From the NCBI GenBank assembly GCA_044892525.1, contig CM097885.1:67332001-67396000 (forward strand): a DNA stretch of 64,000 nucleotides, written 5' to 3'. A program made the translations under genes and the position numbers. The notes below the pieces were generated by a model. The model did no database searches. It worked only from the letters and a program-made list of their open reading frames with translations, and was not told the DNA's origin. The stretch comes from Schmidtea polychroa. Its lineage: Eukaryota. Of this stretch, positions 27,624 through 41,800 are shown piece after piece. Within the stretch, counting starts at the first letter, position 1. Every line of letters starts with the position of its first letter.

Positions 27624-30600
27624 CTCCTTGTCTATCCGACAAAATATTTTGTCCCCTTATGGGTACTGCTCACACTCAACAGGTTGCAAGGTTACTAGTC
27701 ATGCTTATTATACATTTGATGGTTACAATTTCTAAATTTTGAAAACTCTAATTTGATTGGCTATCTCAATTTTAATAAATGTAAAAACAAAAGTAATTTA
27801 TTTATTAAGAAATTTATTACTGATGATTTCTACAAGTAAAACTGTTGAATATGAATGTGTAAATCACAAAACACATTTGGTAACTTTATTATTTTGTCAA
27901 TATTTTTTATATATGTCACTTATGTCCTACTAGAAATAAGGAAAAATTAAGTCCAACCTATTCTGAAATTTCATTGAAATTTTTCAACAACACAGTTGAA
28001 GATTTTATAAATAATCATGATACTTACAGTGATAAGCAAATCATAAATATTTTAAAAATTTTCAAACATTCCTCTATTGAATATTTGATTGATTTATTTA
28101 ATTATGATAAATGCATTTTGAAGTTATCTAGTTATTTAATGTATTTAGAAAAAACAGTGGTAAACAACGATTCACTGAATGAATTACTTTTGGAGTTGCA
28201 TGTATTTAAGGTTGAAACCGGGATATAGTAGATTGATTTATGAATGGATAGCAAAAGCCGACTTGATTGAAAATAAGCTAACGGAAAAACTGAACGATGT
28301 TAAGAAAAGGTATTTAACCTGTTCAATTTGTAAAGAAAATCAAGTTTCGATTTTGTATTTACCGTGTGGTCACGTAATTGTTTGTTCTAAGTGTCACGAG
28401 AAGAATGTTCGCAATCGTCAAGCCTGTTTAATACTGATTAATGAATATCATACTATATACATGTAAGTTCTCAATACAAATCAATACAATATCAAAGTCA
28501 AATGAATTATTAACAGACATAATGACGGTACTATAATGTAGGAAATTTTCAAACATTGAATAATATGAAATCAGCTTGGTAATTAATTATATTGGGCGCA
28601 ACTACCAAATGTTGATGATATGATGAAGGGAATGGTATTTATAATATTATTTTAAGATTATTCAAAATGAAATATAACCATGAGTTCATCAAAATGGAAA
28701 AAGATCTTCGCAAGAACCATGAAGATGCTGGATGTATTGGTTATTATTTTTTCGGAAATAAATGTTTTAATTTGTTTTTATAAATTTATTGTTTTATTGT
28801 AATACTTTTTGATTAAAATATATTCATTTTGTTTTAATATTTGTATTAATTTTTTTATATAGTGGTTATTATATATATGGAAATTTACAATTATATATAC
28901 AATTATATTTACAATTATTATAAATCATAATGATGCTTTTCTTCTGTCCATTGATTTTCCTCTGATATTACTGCCATAATCATCTTCGACAAAATGTAAA
29001 GATAATATTTCTAGTGTCTTTGTTAATTATGCCCATTTATTGCAAAGTCTTTGTTAATTATGCATTTGTATTGCAAATTTATTAGTTATACAATTATATT
29101 ATTTTTTCATAATATTATTATTTTTAATTTTATTATTATGATTATTTAACAATACCATATAGCAAATTTTTAGGCAATTTAGTGAAAAGTACATGGTTAT
29201 TTTAAATATATAACAATTTCTTAAGTAAAATATTTCCAGATAAATTTAAAAATTTAGTTAGAAATCCATGGTTTTTGGCTGTACCATTTAATTAAAATAT
29301 TCTTGGATTCATAACAAATTTTTTATATAGTTGATAGTAATACCAATTATCTCAATTATTTAACTAGAAACATAACTGAATTCTTAGGTAATATAGTATT
29401 TTTTTAGTTAATTTATAAATATTATCTGACATTTTGATGTATCAATGCAATATACAACAAATTAATCAATAAAAACCATAGCATATTGTAAGTTTTTATA
29501 TATAGTCTGAATTTATCCGACAATATATTTTGTCCCCCTATGTGTATTTGTCGTAAGGGTACTGCTTACATTCAACATGTCGCAAGGGTACTGCTTACAT
29601 TCAACATGTCGCAAGGGTACTGCTTACATTCAACATGTCGCAAGGGTATATTAATTAAAGCACATGTATATTAGTTAAATTTTCTTAGGTAATTTAGTGA
29701 GAAATGGATGATCATAGATATCAGAAATTCGTGAATATTTTGAATGTAACTTACCGAATTCTCATTTCGAGCGACTAATTTATTGGTTAACTTTGTCATG
29801 TTTAGTCATTTAAAATAATATTTAGCAAAAGGTAAGATATGAATATTTAGTATTTCATAGGTAATTTATTCATGTAATGTTCATTACAATAGTTAATATA
29901 ACTTCGTGGGAAATGCATATTCATTAATAACAACATATATTCATTGATAATTTTGGTAGAAAGTCTTTATCATTTGGAGTAAATTTCTATCTTTGTTTGA
30001 GGCAAAAGGAGTCATAATAGAAACATGATCATTTAGTTATCATTTAACCAATTAAGGTGCTTATTAGTTAGAAATATAGGGTTACAATTCTTTTCTAATT
30101 TATTGAGATGATCATTGGGTGTAATATATCTTTGTGAGAAATACATGCTTAACATTATTAAATAGGGATTTTGAGTAACCTTTTACCAAAACAGCGATAT
30201 TTTGTGCGAATAATTTAAGAATATTGGTTAATTTTCTCTTTTTTAGTCATTTAAAATAATATTTAACAAAGGTAATTTAGCAAAATATCATTGAAAGATT
30301 TATCCATCCGATAACTATATTTCTTCAATAGATTTTACCCTTAATATTCAACCGATTTAATTTCTAGAAATCTAATTAAAATCATAAAATATTTTCAATA
30401 AAGATCAATTTTCTTTAGCTGTTGTCGATTTCCAACTTTTAAGTCAATATTTCTCAAGTTTTGTCACAGATATCCCCACAATGAATAAAATAACTTCTTA
30501 AATAAAATAATTTAATAACCTTTGATATCAATCCCAATTAATTCTAAAGATTTCAAATATTTCATTGTCAAAACCAAGTAAATAGATCATTAACCCTAAA

Positions 30601-33600
30601 CGACTTAATAAAACAATGGTTAATTAATAAAAATTGGTTCTAAAACATAAATTACTGTACAATAACATTCATCACAACCTAATAAAACGATATAATTTCA
30701 CAGGAACTATTATTAATTCATAGCTAAATACTGACTATGTCCCTTTGATATTTTATCAATAAGAACATTGTCGATTTAAATAGAGATTTCAAACATTTCC
30801 GCCTTAACCGATCCCTCACTAAATATTTCTACCCCATTAAATACCCCCTTTAAAAATCATTTATTACCATCTTAACTGAACCTTCACTAAATCCAACCGA
30901 CTTTAATATATCAATTCTCTTAAAATCCATAGAAAATTCTTCAAAATATGAATTTTATTTAATTGTTACAGACATCCTTCCATTGAAATAATTTAGTATC
31001 TAAATTCATGTAGTAAGAGCCCACTAAAAGATCACTAAAATCAATATTTTCTACAAATATTTCACCACATTTACCATCAAATACCTAACTAGAAATGAAA
31101 TATATTGATCATAATTCTTCATCGATTCAGCCAATTATATAGCAATTATAACCGTGATATATCTTTCAAAATCACAAATTTCAGTATATTTTACAATAAT
31201 TTTCAAGTAGATTTCAAATATATCATCATGATAAAATTAGCTGGTTTCAACTTTAGATTTTCAATATTTAAAAGTTCATCAATATTCGTAGAAAATATAT
31301 GAAAGAATTATTTTGTCAATATCATTACAAAGTCATCATAAAAATTAAATAATAATCACTTGATTATTGTAAAAACTCTAATTATTAACCTAACTGTCAT
31401 TAAAAATAATTTTTATTTAAAATTAAATTTAAAAACAAGTCAATAAAATATAGCAAATTATCCAGAAATTAATTAAATTTGTCTTAGAATTTAAATTAGA
31501 CCTTAAATTTTCAATTATTCACAAAATGGTTAGTAATAATGTTAGTAAAATCCCGCTAACTCTAAAAATTACCAATGAATTTAATGCTAAATAATAACCA
31601 AATATTTGCCTAAATAAAAACATTAAAACACACCAGTACCTTTACGACCAGTACCCCTACGAGCAGTACCATTTGTGAACAGTACCCATAGAGGGAGAAA
31701 ATATCTTGTCGGATAAACTCAGAGTATATATAATAAAACGAATTAACAATAACTCCATCAAATTAAATCAGCCAAATTAACACAAATTTTGATAAAAAAT
31801 CTTATTCTAAAATGGTAAGAAGCGTAAAGTCGAAAGATAATTTTAATAACACTCGAGATAAATTAACAATATTATTCTCAGATGGTAAGAATCTTCATTA
31901 AAGTTAGAAATTATAAGAACCAACAATTGCTATAAAGTATTTAATCGAATTTGGTTTTGTTGTTTTATGTCTTTCGGTTATATTTGAGTAAGATTTCGTG
32001 TGTCCCTTTTAACTTTGAATGCTAATTTTCATTGAAAAGAGTAATGTATCTTAAATTATCTTTTAGAATATTTGTTTTTGAAAATGAAATATTTAGTGTA
32101 AAATAGTAAATTTAATAATAAATTGCTAATATATAAGGACTTAATCAAAATTTAAAATATGAATTTATCATAATTACTCAGTCAAATACCATTCACGGTT
32201 TCTTCTGTAATAAAATAATCATTTGGGTCAAAAATGGTACTGCTCGTAGGGGTACTGGTCGTAAAGGTACTGGTGTGTTTTAATGATTTTATTTAGGCAA
32301 ATTTTTGGTTATTAATTAGCATTAAATTCATTGGTAATTTTTAGAGTTAGCTGGATTTTACTAACATTATTACTAACCTTTTTGTGAATAATTGAAAATT
32401 TAAGGTCTAATTTAAATTCTAAGACAAATTTAATTAATTTCTTGATAATTTGCTATATTTTATTGACTTGTTTTTAAATTTAATTTTAAATAAAAATTAT
32501 TTTTAATGACAGTTAGGTTAATAATTAGAGTTTTTACAATAATCAAGTGATTATTATTTAATTTTTATGATGACTTTGTAATGATATTGACAAAATAATT
32601 CTTTCATATATTTTCTACGAATATTGATGAACTTTTAAATATTGAAAATCTAAAGTTGAAACCAGCTAATTTTATCATGATGATATATTTGAAATCTACT
32701 TGAAAATTATTGTAAAATATACTGAAATTTGTGATTTTGAAAGATATATCACGGTTATAATTGCTATATAATTGGCTGAATCGATGAAGAATTATGATCA
32801 ATATATTTCATTTCTAGTTAGGTATTTGATGGTAAATGTGGTGAAATATTTGTAGAAAATATTGATTTTAGTGATCTTTTAGTGGGCTCTTACTACATGA
32901 ATTTAGATACTAAATTATTTCAATGGAAGGATGTCTGTAACAATTAAATAAAATTCATATTTTGAAGAATTTTCTATGGATTTTAAGAGAATTGATATAT
33001 TAAAGTCGGTTGGATTTAGTGAAGGTTCAGTTAAGATGGTAATAAATGATTTTTAAAGGGGGTATTTAATGGGGTAGAAATATTTAGTGAGGGATCAGTT
33101 AAGGCGGAAATGTTTGAAATCTCTATTTAAATCGACAATGTTCTTATTGATAAAATATCAAAGGGACATAGTCAGTATTTAGCTATGAATTAATAATAGT
33201 TCCTGTGAAATTATATCGTTTTATTAGGTTGTGATGAATGTTATTGTACAGTAATTTATGTTTTAGAACCAATTTTTATTAATTAACCATTGTTTTATTA
33301 AGTCGTTTAGGGTTAATGATCTATTTACTTGGTTTTGACAATGAAATATTTGAAATCTTTAGAATTAATTGGGATTGATATCAAAGGTTATTAAATTATT
33401 TTATTTAAGAAGTTATTTTATTCATTGTGGGGATATCTGTGACAAAACTTGAGAAATATTGACTTAAAAGTTGGAAATCGACAACAGCTAAAGAAAATTG
33501 ATCTTTATTGAAAATATTTTATGATTTTAATTAGATTTCTAGAAATTAAATCGGTTGAATATTAAGGGTAAAATCTATTGAAGAAATATAGTTATCGGAT

Positions 33601-36282
33601 GGATAAATCTTTCAATGATATTTTGCTAAATTACCTTTGTTAAATATTATTTTAAATGACTAAAAAAGAGAAAATTAACCAATATTCTTAAATTATTCGC
33701 ACAAAATATCGCTGTTTTGGTAAAAGGTTACTCAAAATCCCTATTTAATAATGTTAAGCATGTATTTCTCACAAAGATATATTACACCCAATGATCATCT
33801 CAATAAATTAGAAAAGAATTGTAACCCTATATTTCTAACTAATAAGCACCTTAATTGGTTAAATGATAACTAAATGATCATGTTTCTATTATGACTCCTT
33901 TTGCCTCAAACAAAGATAGAAATTTACTCCAAATGATAAAGACTTTCTACCAAAATTATCAATGAATATATGTTGTTATTAATGAATATGCATTTCCCAC
34001 GAAGTTATATTAACTATTGTAATGAACATTACATGAATAAATTACCTATGAAATACTAAATATTCATATCTTACCTTTTGCTAAATATTATTTTAAATGA
34101 CTAAACATGACAAAGTTAACCAATAAATTAGTCGCTCGAAATGAGAATTCGGTAAGTTACATTCAAAATATTCACGAATTTCTGATATCTATGATCATCC
34201 ATTTCTCACTAAATTACCTAAGAAAATTTAACTAATATACATGTGCTTTAATTAATATACCCTTGCGACATGTTGAATGTAAGCAGTACCCTTGCGACAT
34301 GTTGAATGTAAGCAGTACCCTTGCGACATGTTGAATGTAAGCAGTACCCTTACGACAAATACACATAGGGGGACAAAATATATTGTCGGATAAATTCAGA
34401 CTATATATAAAAACTTACAATATGCTATGGTTTTTATTGATTAATTTGTTGTATATTGCATTGATACATCAAAATGTCAGATAATATTTATAAATTAACT
34501 AAAAAAATACTATATTACCTAAGAATTCAGTTATGTTTCTAGTTAAATAATTGAGATAATTGGTATTACTATCAACTATATAAAAAATTTGTTATGAATC
34601 CAAGAATATTTTAATTAAATGGTACAGCCAAAAACCATGGATTTCTAACTAAATTTTTAAATTTATCTGGAAATATTTTACTTAAGAAATTGTTATATAT
34701 TTAAAATAACCATGTACTTTTCACTAAATTGCCTAAAAATTTGCTATATGGTATTGTTAAATAATCATAATAATAAAATTAAAAATAATAATATTATGAA
34801 AAAATAATATAATTGTATAACTAATAAATTTGCAATACAAATGCATAATTAACAAAGACTTTGCAATAAATGGGCATAATTAACAAAGACACTAGAAATA
34901 TTATCTTTACATTTTGTCGAAGATGATTATGGCAGTAATATCAGAGGAAAATCAATGGACAGAAGAAAAGCATCATTATGATTTATAATAATTGTAAATA
35001 TAATTGTATATATAATTGTAAATTTCCATATATATAATAACCACTATATAAAAAAATTAATACAAATATTAAAACAAAATGAATATATTTTAATCAAAAA
35101 GTATTACAATAAAACAATAAATTTATAAAAACAAATTAAAACATTTATTTCCGAAAAAATAATAACCAATACATCCAGCATCTTCATGGTTCTTGCGAAG
35201 ATCTTTTTCCATTTTGATGAACTCATGGTTATATTTCATTTTGAATAATCTTAAAATAATATTATAAATACCATTCCCTTCATCATATCATCAACATTTG
35301 GTAGTTGCGCCCAATATAATTAATTACCAAGCTGATTTCATATTATTCAATGTTTGAAAATTTCCTACATTATAGTACCGTCATTATGTCTGTTAATAAT
35401 TCATTTGACTTTGATATTGTATTGATTTGTATTGAGAACTTACATGTATATAGTATGATATTCATTAATCAGTATTAAACAGGCTTGACGATTGCGAACA
35501 TTCTTCTCGTGACACTTAGAACAAACAATTACGTGACCACACGGTAAATACAAAATCGAAACTTGATTTTCTTTACAAATTGAACAGGTTAAATACCTTT
35601 TCTTAACATCGTTCAGTTTTTCCGTTAGCTTATTTTCAATCAAGTCGGCTTTTGCTATCCATTCATAAATCAATCTACTATATCCCGGTTTCAACCTTAA
35701 ATACATGCAACTCCAAAAGTAATTCATTCAGTGAATCGTTGTTTACCACTGTTTTTTCTAAATACATTAAATAACTAGATAACTTCAAAATGCATTTATC
35801 ATAATTAAATAAATCAATCAAATATTCAATAGAGGAATGTTTGAAAATTTTTAAAATATTTATGATTTGCTTATCACTGTAAGTATCATGATTATTTATA
35901 AAATCTTCAACTGTGTTGTTGAAAAATTTCAATGAAATTTCAGAATAGGTTGGACTTAATTTTTCCTTATTTCTAGTAGGACATAAGTGACATATATAAA
36001 AAATATTAACAAAATAATAAAGTTACCAAATGTGTTTTGTGATTTACACATTCATATTCAACAGTTTTACTTGTAGAAATCATCAGTAATAAATTTCTTA
36101 ATAAATAAATTACTTTTGTTTTTACATTTATTAAAATTGAGATAGCCAATCAAATTAGAGTTTTCAAAATTTAGAAATTGTAACCATCAAATGTATAATA
36201 AGCATGACTAGTAACCTTGCAACCTGTTGAGTGTGAGCAGTACCCATAAGGGGACAAAATATTTTGTCGGATAGACAAGGAG

Positions 36283-36336
<54 letters not shown>

Positions 36337-36713
36337 TACTTTGAAAATAAATAATAAGAAATTTGAAAATAATTTTGAAAATGATAATAATAATATTTTA
36401 TAAATAAACTAAGAATTTTGAAGAAAGTAATGATGAAAATATTGAAAATCGTGAAAATTATGAAAATGTTAAAAATCATGAAAATATAGAAAATGATGAA
36501 AATGTTCCTGAAAATGTTGAAAATCGTGAAAATATGGAAAATAATGAAAATGATGAAAATATTGAAAATGATGAAAACGTTAAAAATTATGAAAATGTTC
36601 CTGAAAATAATCATCAAATATTGAAAATCGTAAATTGATGCAGAAATTAAGTTTTATGAATATTTAAGTAAATAATAATAAAACATCGAAAATAAAATAA
36701 TGAGAACTTCGCA

Positions 36714-36762
<49 letters not shown>

Positions 36763-38827
36763 TTGATAAAAACTTTGAAAATAATACTTTGAAAAATATT
36801 CGATGAAAAAAATCCTGAAATAATCATGAAAATGTAGAAAATTATTAAAATAATCATGCAAATGATGAAAATGTTGAAAATCATGTAATTGACGTATAAA
36901 TTATAAATATTTTATAAATATTTAAGTAAATAATAATTAGAACTTTCCAAATAATAATAAAAATAATAAAAATAATAATAATAATAATAATAATAATTCT
37001 TTGAAAATAATTCTTTGAAAATAATACTCTGAAAAATATTTGATGAAAATGTTCCTGAAATGATGATGAAAATATTGAAAATGTAGAAAATTATGAAAAT
37101 ATTGAAAATTATTAAAATAATCATGCAAATGATGAAAATGTGGAAAATCATGTAATTATGGTAGAAATTAAGTTTTATGAATATTTGCAATAATAACCAT
37201 AATAATAATAATAATACAACTTTGTAAATAATAATAAAAGTAATAATAAGAACTGTTTGAAAATAAGCTAACGGAAATATTACTTTGAAAAATATTTGAT
37301 GAAAATGTTCATGTAACTAATGAAAATGTTCCTGAAATAATAATGAAAATATTGAAAATGTAGAAAATTATGAAAATGTTAAAAATCCATGAAAATATTA
37401 ATAATTATGAAAATCATGAAAATGTTGGAAATTATGAAAATATTGAAAATTATTAAAATAATCATGCAAATGTTGAAAATCATGTAATTGAGGTAGAAAT
37501 TAAGTTTTATGAANNNNNNNNNNNNNNNNNNNNNNNNNNNNNNNNNNNNNNNNNNNNNNNNNNNNNNNNNNNNNNNNNNNNNNNNNNNNNNNNNNNNNNN
37601 NNNNNNNNNNNNNNNNNNNNNNNNNNNNNNNNNNNNNNNNNNNNNNNNNNNNNNNNNNNNNNNNNNNNNNNNNNNNNNNNNNNNNNNNNNNNNNNNNNNN
37701 NNNNNNNNNNNNNNNNNNNNNNNNNNNNNNNNNNNNNNNNNNNNNNNNNNNNNNNNNNNNNNNNNNNNNNNNNNNNNNNNNNNNNNNNNNNNNNNNNNNN
37801 NNNNNNNNNNNNGCGGGCGTTATTATCTTTCCTAATAATAATAATAAATTAAATAATTACATAATCGATAATTTAAACAAACGTAATCGATAATTAAAAC
37901 AAAAAATAATATAATCAACGATTTAAACAAAACGAAATTATTATGTAATTGATAATTAAAACAAAAAAATAATATAATCAACGATTTAAACAAATTTAAA
38001 TTATTAAGTAATTGATAATTAAAACAAAAATAATAATATGACCTTGAAAATAATAATATGACCTTGAAAATAATAATATTTTGAAAAATAATAATATGAC
38101 CTTGAAAAAAAAATAACGTAATCGATAATTAAAACAAAAAAAATAATATAATCAACGATTTAAACAAAATGAAATTATTATGTAATTGATAATTAAAACA
38201 AAAAATATTATTATATAATTAACGATTTAAACAAAATGAAATTATTAAGTAATCGATAATTAAAACAAAAATAAAAATATTATTATATAATCAACGATTT
38301 AAACAAAATTAAATTATTAAGTAATCGATAATTAAAACAAAAACAAAAATATTATTATATAATCAACGATTTAAACAAAATGAAATTATTAAGTAATCGA
38401 TAATTAAAACAAAAATAAAAATATTATTATATAATCAACGATTTAAACAAAATGAAATTATTAAGTAATCGATAATTAAAACAAAAATAAAAATATTATT
38501 ATATAATCAACGATTTAAATAAAATTAGATTATTAAGTAATCGATAATTAAAACAAAAACAAAAATATTATTATATAATCAACGATTTAAACAAAATTAA
38601 ATTATTAAGTAATCGATAATTAAAACAAAAATAAAAATATTATCATATAATCAACGATTTAAAGAAAATTATTATTATTACGCAATATTTTGAAAAATAA
38701 TGATATGACCTTAAAAAAATAAAATAATCGAATGCGAGTTGTTGAGCGTGAGCAGTACCCTTGTGAGCATTACCCATAGGGGGACAAAATATTTTGTCGG
38801 ATAGACTCGGAGTATATAGATTAATAC

Positions 38828-38881
<54 letters not shown>

Positions 38882-41800
38882 TAACAAGTTATATAGCTCA
38901 TTCGAAAGGTCTTGGATTGAGCTTTAAAATGAGCTATCGATTATTATTTTTCGTTGGCGGGAATTTTGAAAAAATTAAAAATAAAATAATAATATTTTTT
39001 AAAAATAATAATATGACCTTGATGAGTCATCGGATGAGTCATATGACCTTGAGAATGACCTTGATGAGTCATAGTATGAGTCATATGACCTTGATGAGTC
39101 ATAGAATGAGGCATATGACCTTGGAAAAATTTTTCAAGGTCAAATGAGACATACTATGAGTCATATGACCTTGAAAGTGACCTTGATGAGGCATACTATG
39201 AGTCATATGACCTTGAAAATGACCTTGATGAGTCATAGTATGAGTCATATGACCTTGAAAAAAATTTCCAAGGCCATATGAGTCATACTATGAGTCATAT
39301 GACCTTGAAAATGACCTTGATGAGTCATGGTCTTCGTTTAAATGACCTTGAGAAATTTTTTTGACCTTGATGAGTCATATTATGAGTCATATGACCTTGA
39401 TGAGTCATCGGATGAGTCATGGTCTTTGTTTAAATGACCTTGAAAAATTTGATGAGTCATAGGATGACTCATGGTCTTTGTTTCAATGACCTTGATGAGT
39501 CATATGTCTTTGTTTAAATTTGACCTTGAAAAAAAATGTACTTTTAGACTTAGAATATTTTTGAAAATCTTACTGACGGGGGGGAGGGTACTGTGCTAGC
39601 GGTGCCCTGTGCCAGCGGTGCCCAATCCATCTACTAGTATGTGACATTTCCAGAAGTGTTGATTTAAGAAAAAAATGGGAGTTCGCCAAAGTGAGATTAA
39701 ACTTAAACATTTTACTTTTCATTTAGAATGTTTGAAGTAGACTAATTTTCCAAAAAAATATCCTCATTAAAATCCAGTTTTATAATTTTGACGCCCTTGC
39801 TAATAATTAAGAGACACCATATTGAAATGACAACCAAAAATTGAAAGAATCACGAAATTTGGTGCGTGCTAATCTACTACTCAATAACACGAAAACAAAA
39901 TTTCGAAGCATATTAAGACAACATGGTTCAGATAGATATTATTGTATATGCTAAGAAAAACGGTATAGAAATCTGTATAGAACTGATTAAACAAAGCTGT
40001 GAACTTGCTGACAATAACTGGAATGAGTAAAATTAATACATTCTAAAATGTAATATTCTGTTAAAGTTGAATATAAATTTGTTCCAACTGAACACAGATT
40101 TTGTGATATTAGTTACTAAGAAATCGACCAAACAACAAGGACAGATAAAACTGCATATTTCTACGACACTGATATCTAGGGTTTATATACCGGTTTACCG
40201 GAAAATTGGCAAAAAAACACTCGGTAAATTTACCGGTAAATTAAAAATTTTTGATAGAAATTTTTATTCTGAAATTTTATTCTGATATTTCCGATAGTGA
40301 ATATGATCACATGATCATTGAATCTTTTCAACGTGTTCTTCTAAAGAAAATACTAATTTATATGTGGCTGATGTAACGTTAAAATTTATGTTGAATGAAT
40401 TGTCTAAACAAAATAATTTTATAAGCACTGAATTAAAAAAAACCCTTAATATGCAGCATAAAGGAGAGAAGGATTATCCATTGAGATATTCTGCAATATT
40501 TGACAGACCCTAATTTGGTTTTTTCGAATCAGGAAAACTACGATATTTTTCATATCACAAATAAAGCAATTTTCGATTATTGTTGTTGATAGTCAGATTC
40601 AGTTATTCAGTCAAATTCATCCTGATTTGGACACCAGTTTAGAGTCAAATAATAAAAATATTGACACTTCTACAGTTAATGTAGAAATGCCTATGAATCA
40701 GAAATTATACTATCTGAATAAACAAAAAACCGAATGCCAGGAAGGATCAGTTCCACAACCAAAATAATTGGCAATATATTGTGAAAAAAGAATTGTAATA
40801 CTTCCGCCAAGAGAAAGTACGCGTAAAGTATATTCAAATGGTATATGATTATTTGATGACAATTCGTCCAACAAGTGTTGATTCAGAAAGGGTATTCTCG
40901 GGCTCTGGGTTATTTTGTACAAAAATAAAAACAAAATTAGGGAATAGGACTTTAAATAATTTAAGTTTTCTGAGGAGCTATTTTTTAAAAAATGTTAATA
41001 AATAGAAAACTATTATTTAATAAAGCTATTTCTGTGTCATTATTATTTTTTTTTACTTTATTTTTATTTGTTTCTAAAATATTGTTGGGTTATAAAATAA
41101 TTAAAATTAAAATTGAATTATATTTGTAATTAAAAGTGCCTAAAAGAGGAAAAACAAGAAAATGAAATTAATTAATTAGCTAGTAGAAAGAAATCCCGAG
41201 TTGGGTAAACAAAGAGAAAAGTAAACAGAAGGAAGATTTGGGCCCATTATCGTTTCACAATCATTAATGGGAGAAGACCAAGAAAAAGATAGTGCGTGCA
41301 GAAAGACCCAGGCGGGCCATTAATTATCTTTGTTCGTTGGACCATTCTGGGTGACAGCCGAAGCAGATTTGTGGAGTCGAATGTCAAGAGAGAGATGGGC
41401 TCGGCAATAACCATTTGTCATCCCGATTTCGAAGAGTATATAAGGAATGGAAAAATCAAAGCAAACAGGCATTTTGCCTCGGATAGGGACAAGAAGAAAC
41501 TGAGCTTAGGGTAATCAGAAAGTTAGGGAAACGAACGGATAGAGTTAGGAAATAATTGAGACGTGAAAAGAAAATTGAATTGGAAGCGGACCAGATCAAA
41601 TAGGAAAAATTCGACTAAAGGGTGAATATTGATAAAGATTTTGACAAAGCATGAGCGCCTAGCGGAGAACCGATTAAACTGGTAAAACTCTGTCGTTGAT
41701 TGTATCGTTGGATTGTGAGAGATTTGTGATTCGAATATACGTTGGGTAGTTTATTGTTTTGTAATTTACGATTAAAAGGACAAGTGGAGTCAGAGGTTAC

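Larger units (their letters stand above)
23147..39635. mobile_element. Giant fold-back (palindromic), non-autonomous Polinton/Maverick-like element
   Basis: Ends AGTAGATGGATTGGGCACCGC... and ...GCGGTGCCCAATCCATCTACT. 6-bp TSD AGTATG at 23141-23146 and 39636-39641. Left arm 23147-~31675 is the reverse complement of right arm ~32231-39635. Mirrored ORFs 27974/35932, 28179/35727 and 31105/32801 all have coordinate sum 63906. The Polinton assignment rests on the termini and TSD only; no pPolB, integrase, ATPase or capsid ORF is seen. Confidence 0.8.

Noticed and set aside
29556-29646. 29-bp repeats as a possible CRISPR array
   Set aside because: Head-to-tail repeats with no spacers, no cas genes and a eukaryotic context.
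23147-39635. The palindrome as a pure assembly artefact
   Set aside because: A TSD flanks the outer ends, the arms differ by substitutions and repeat counts, and WDR11 exons continue collinearly on both sides. Not fully excluded without long reads.
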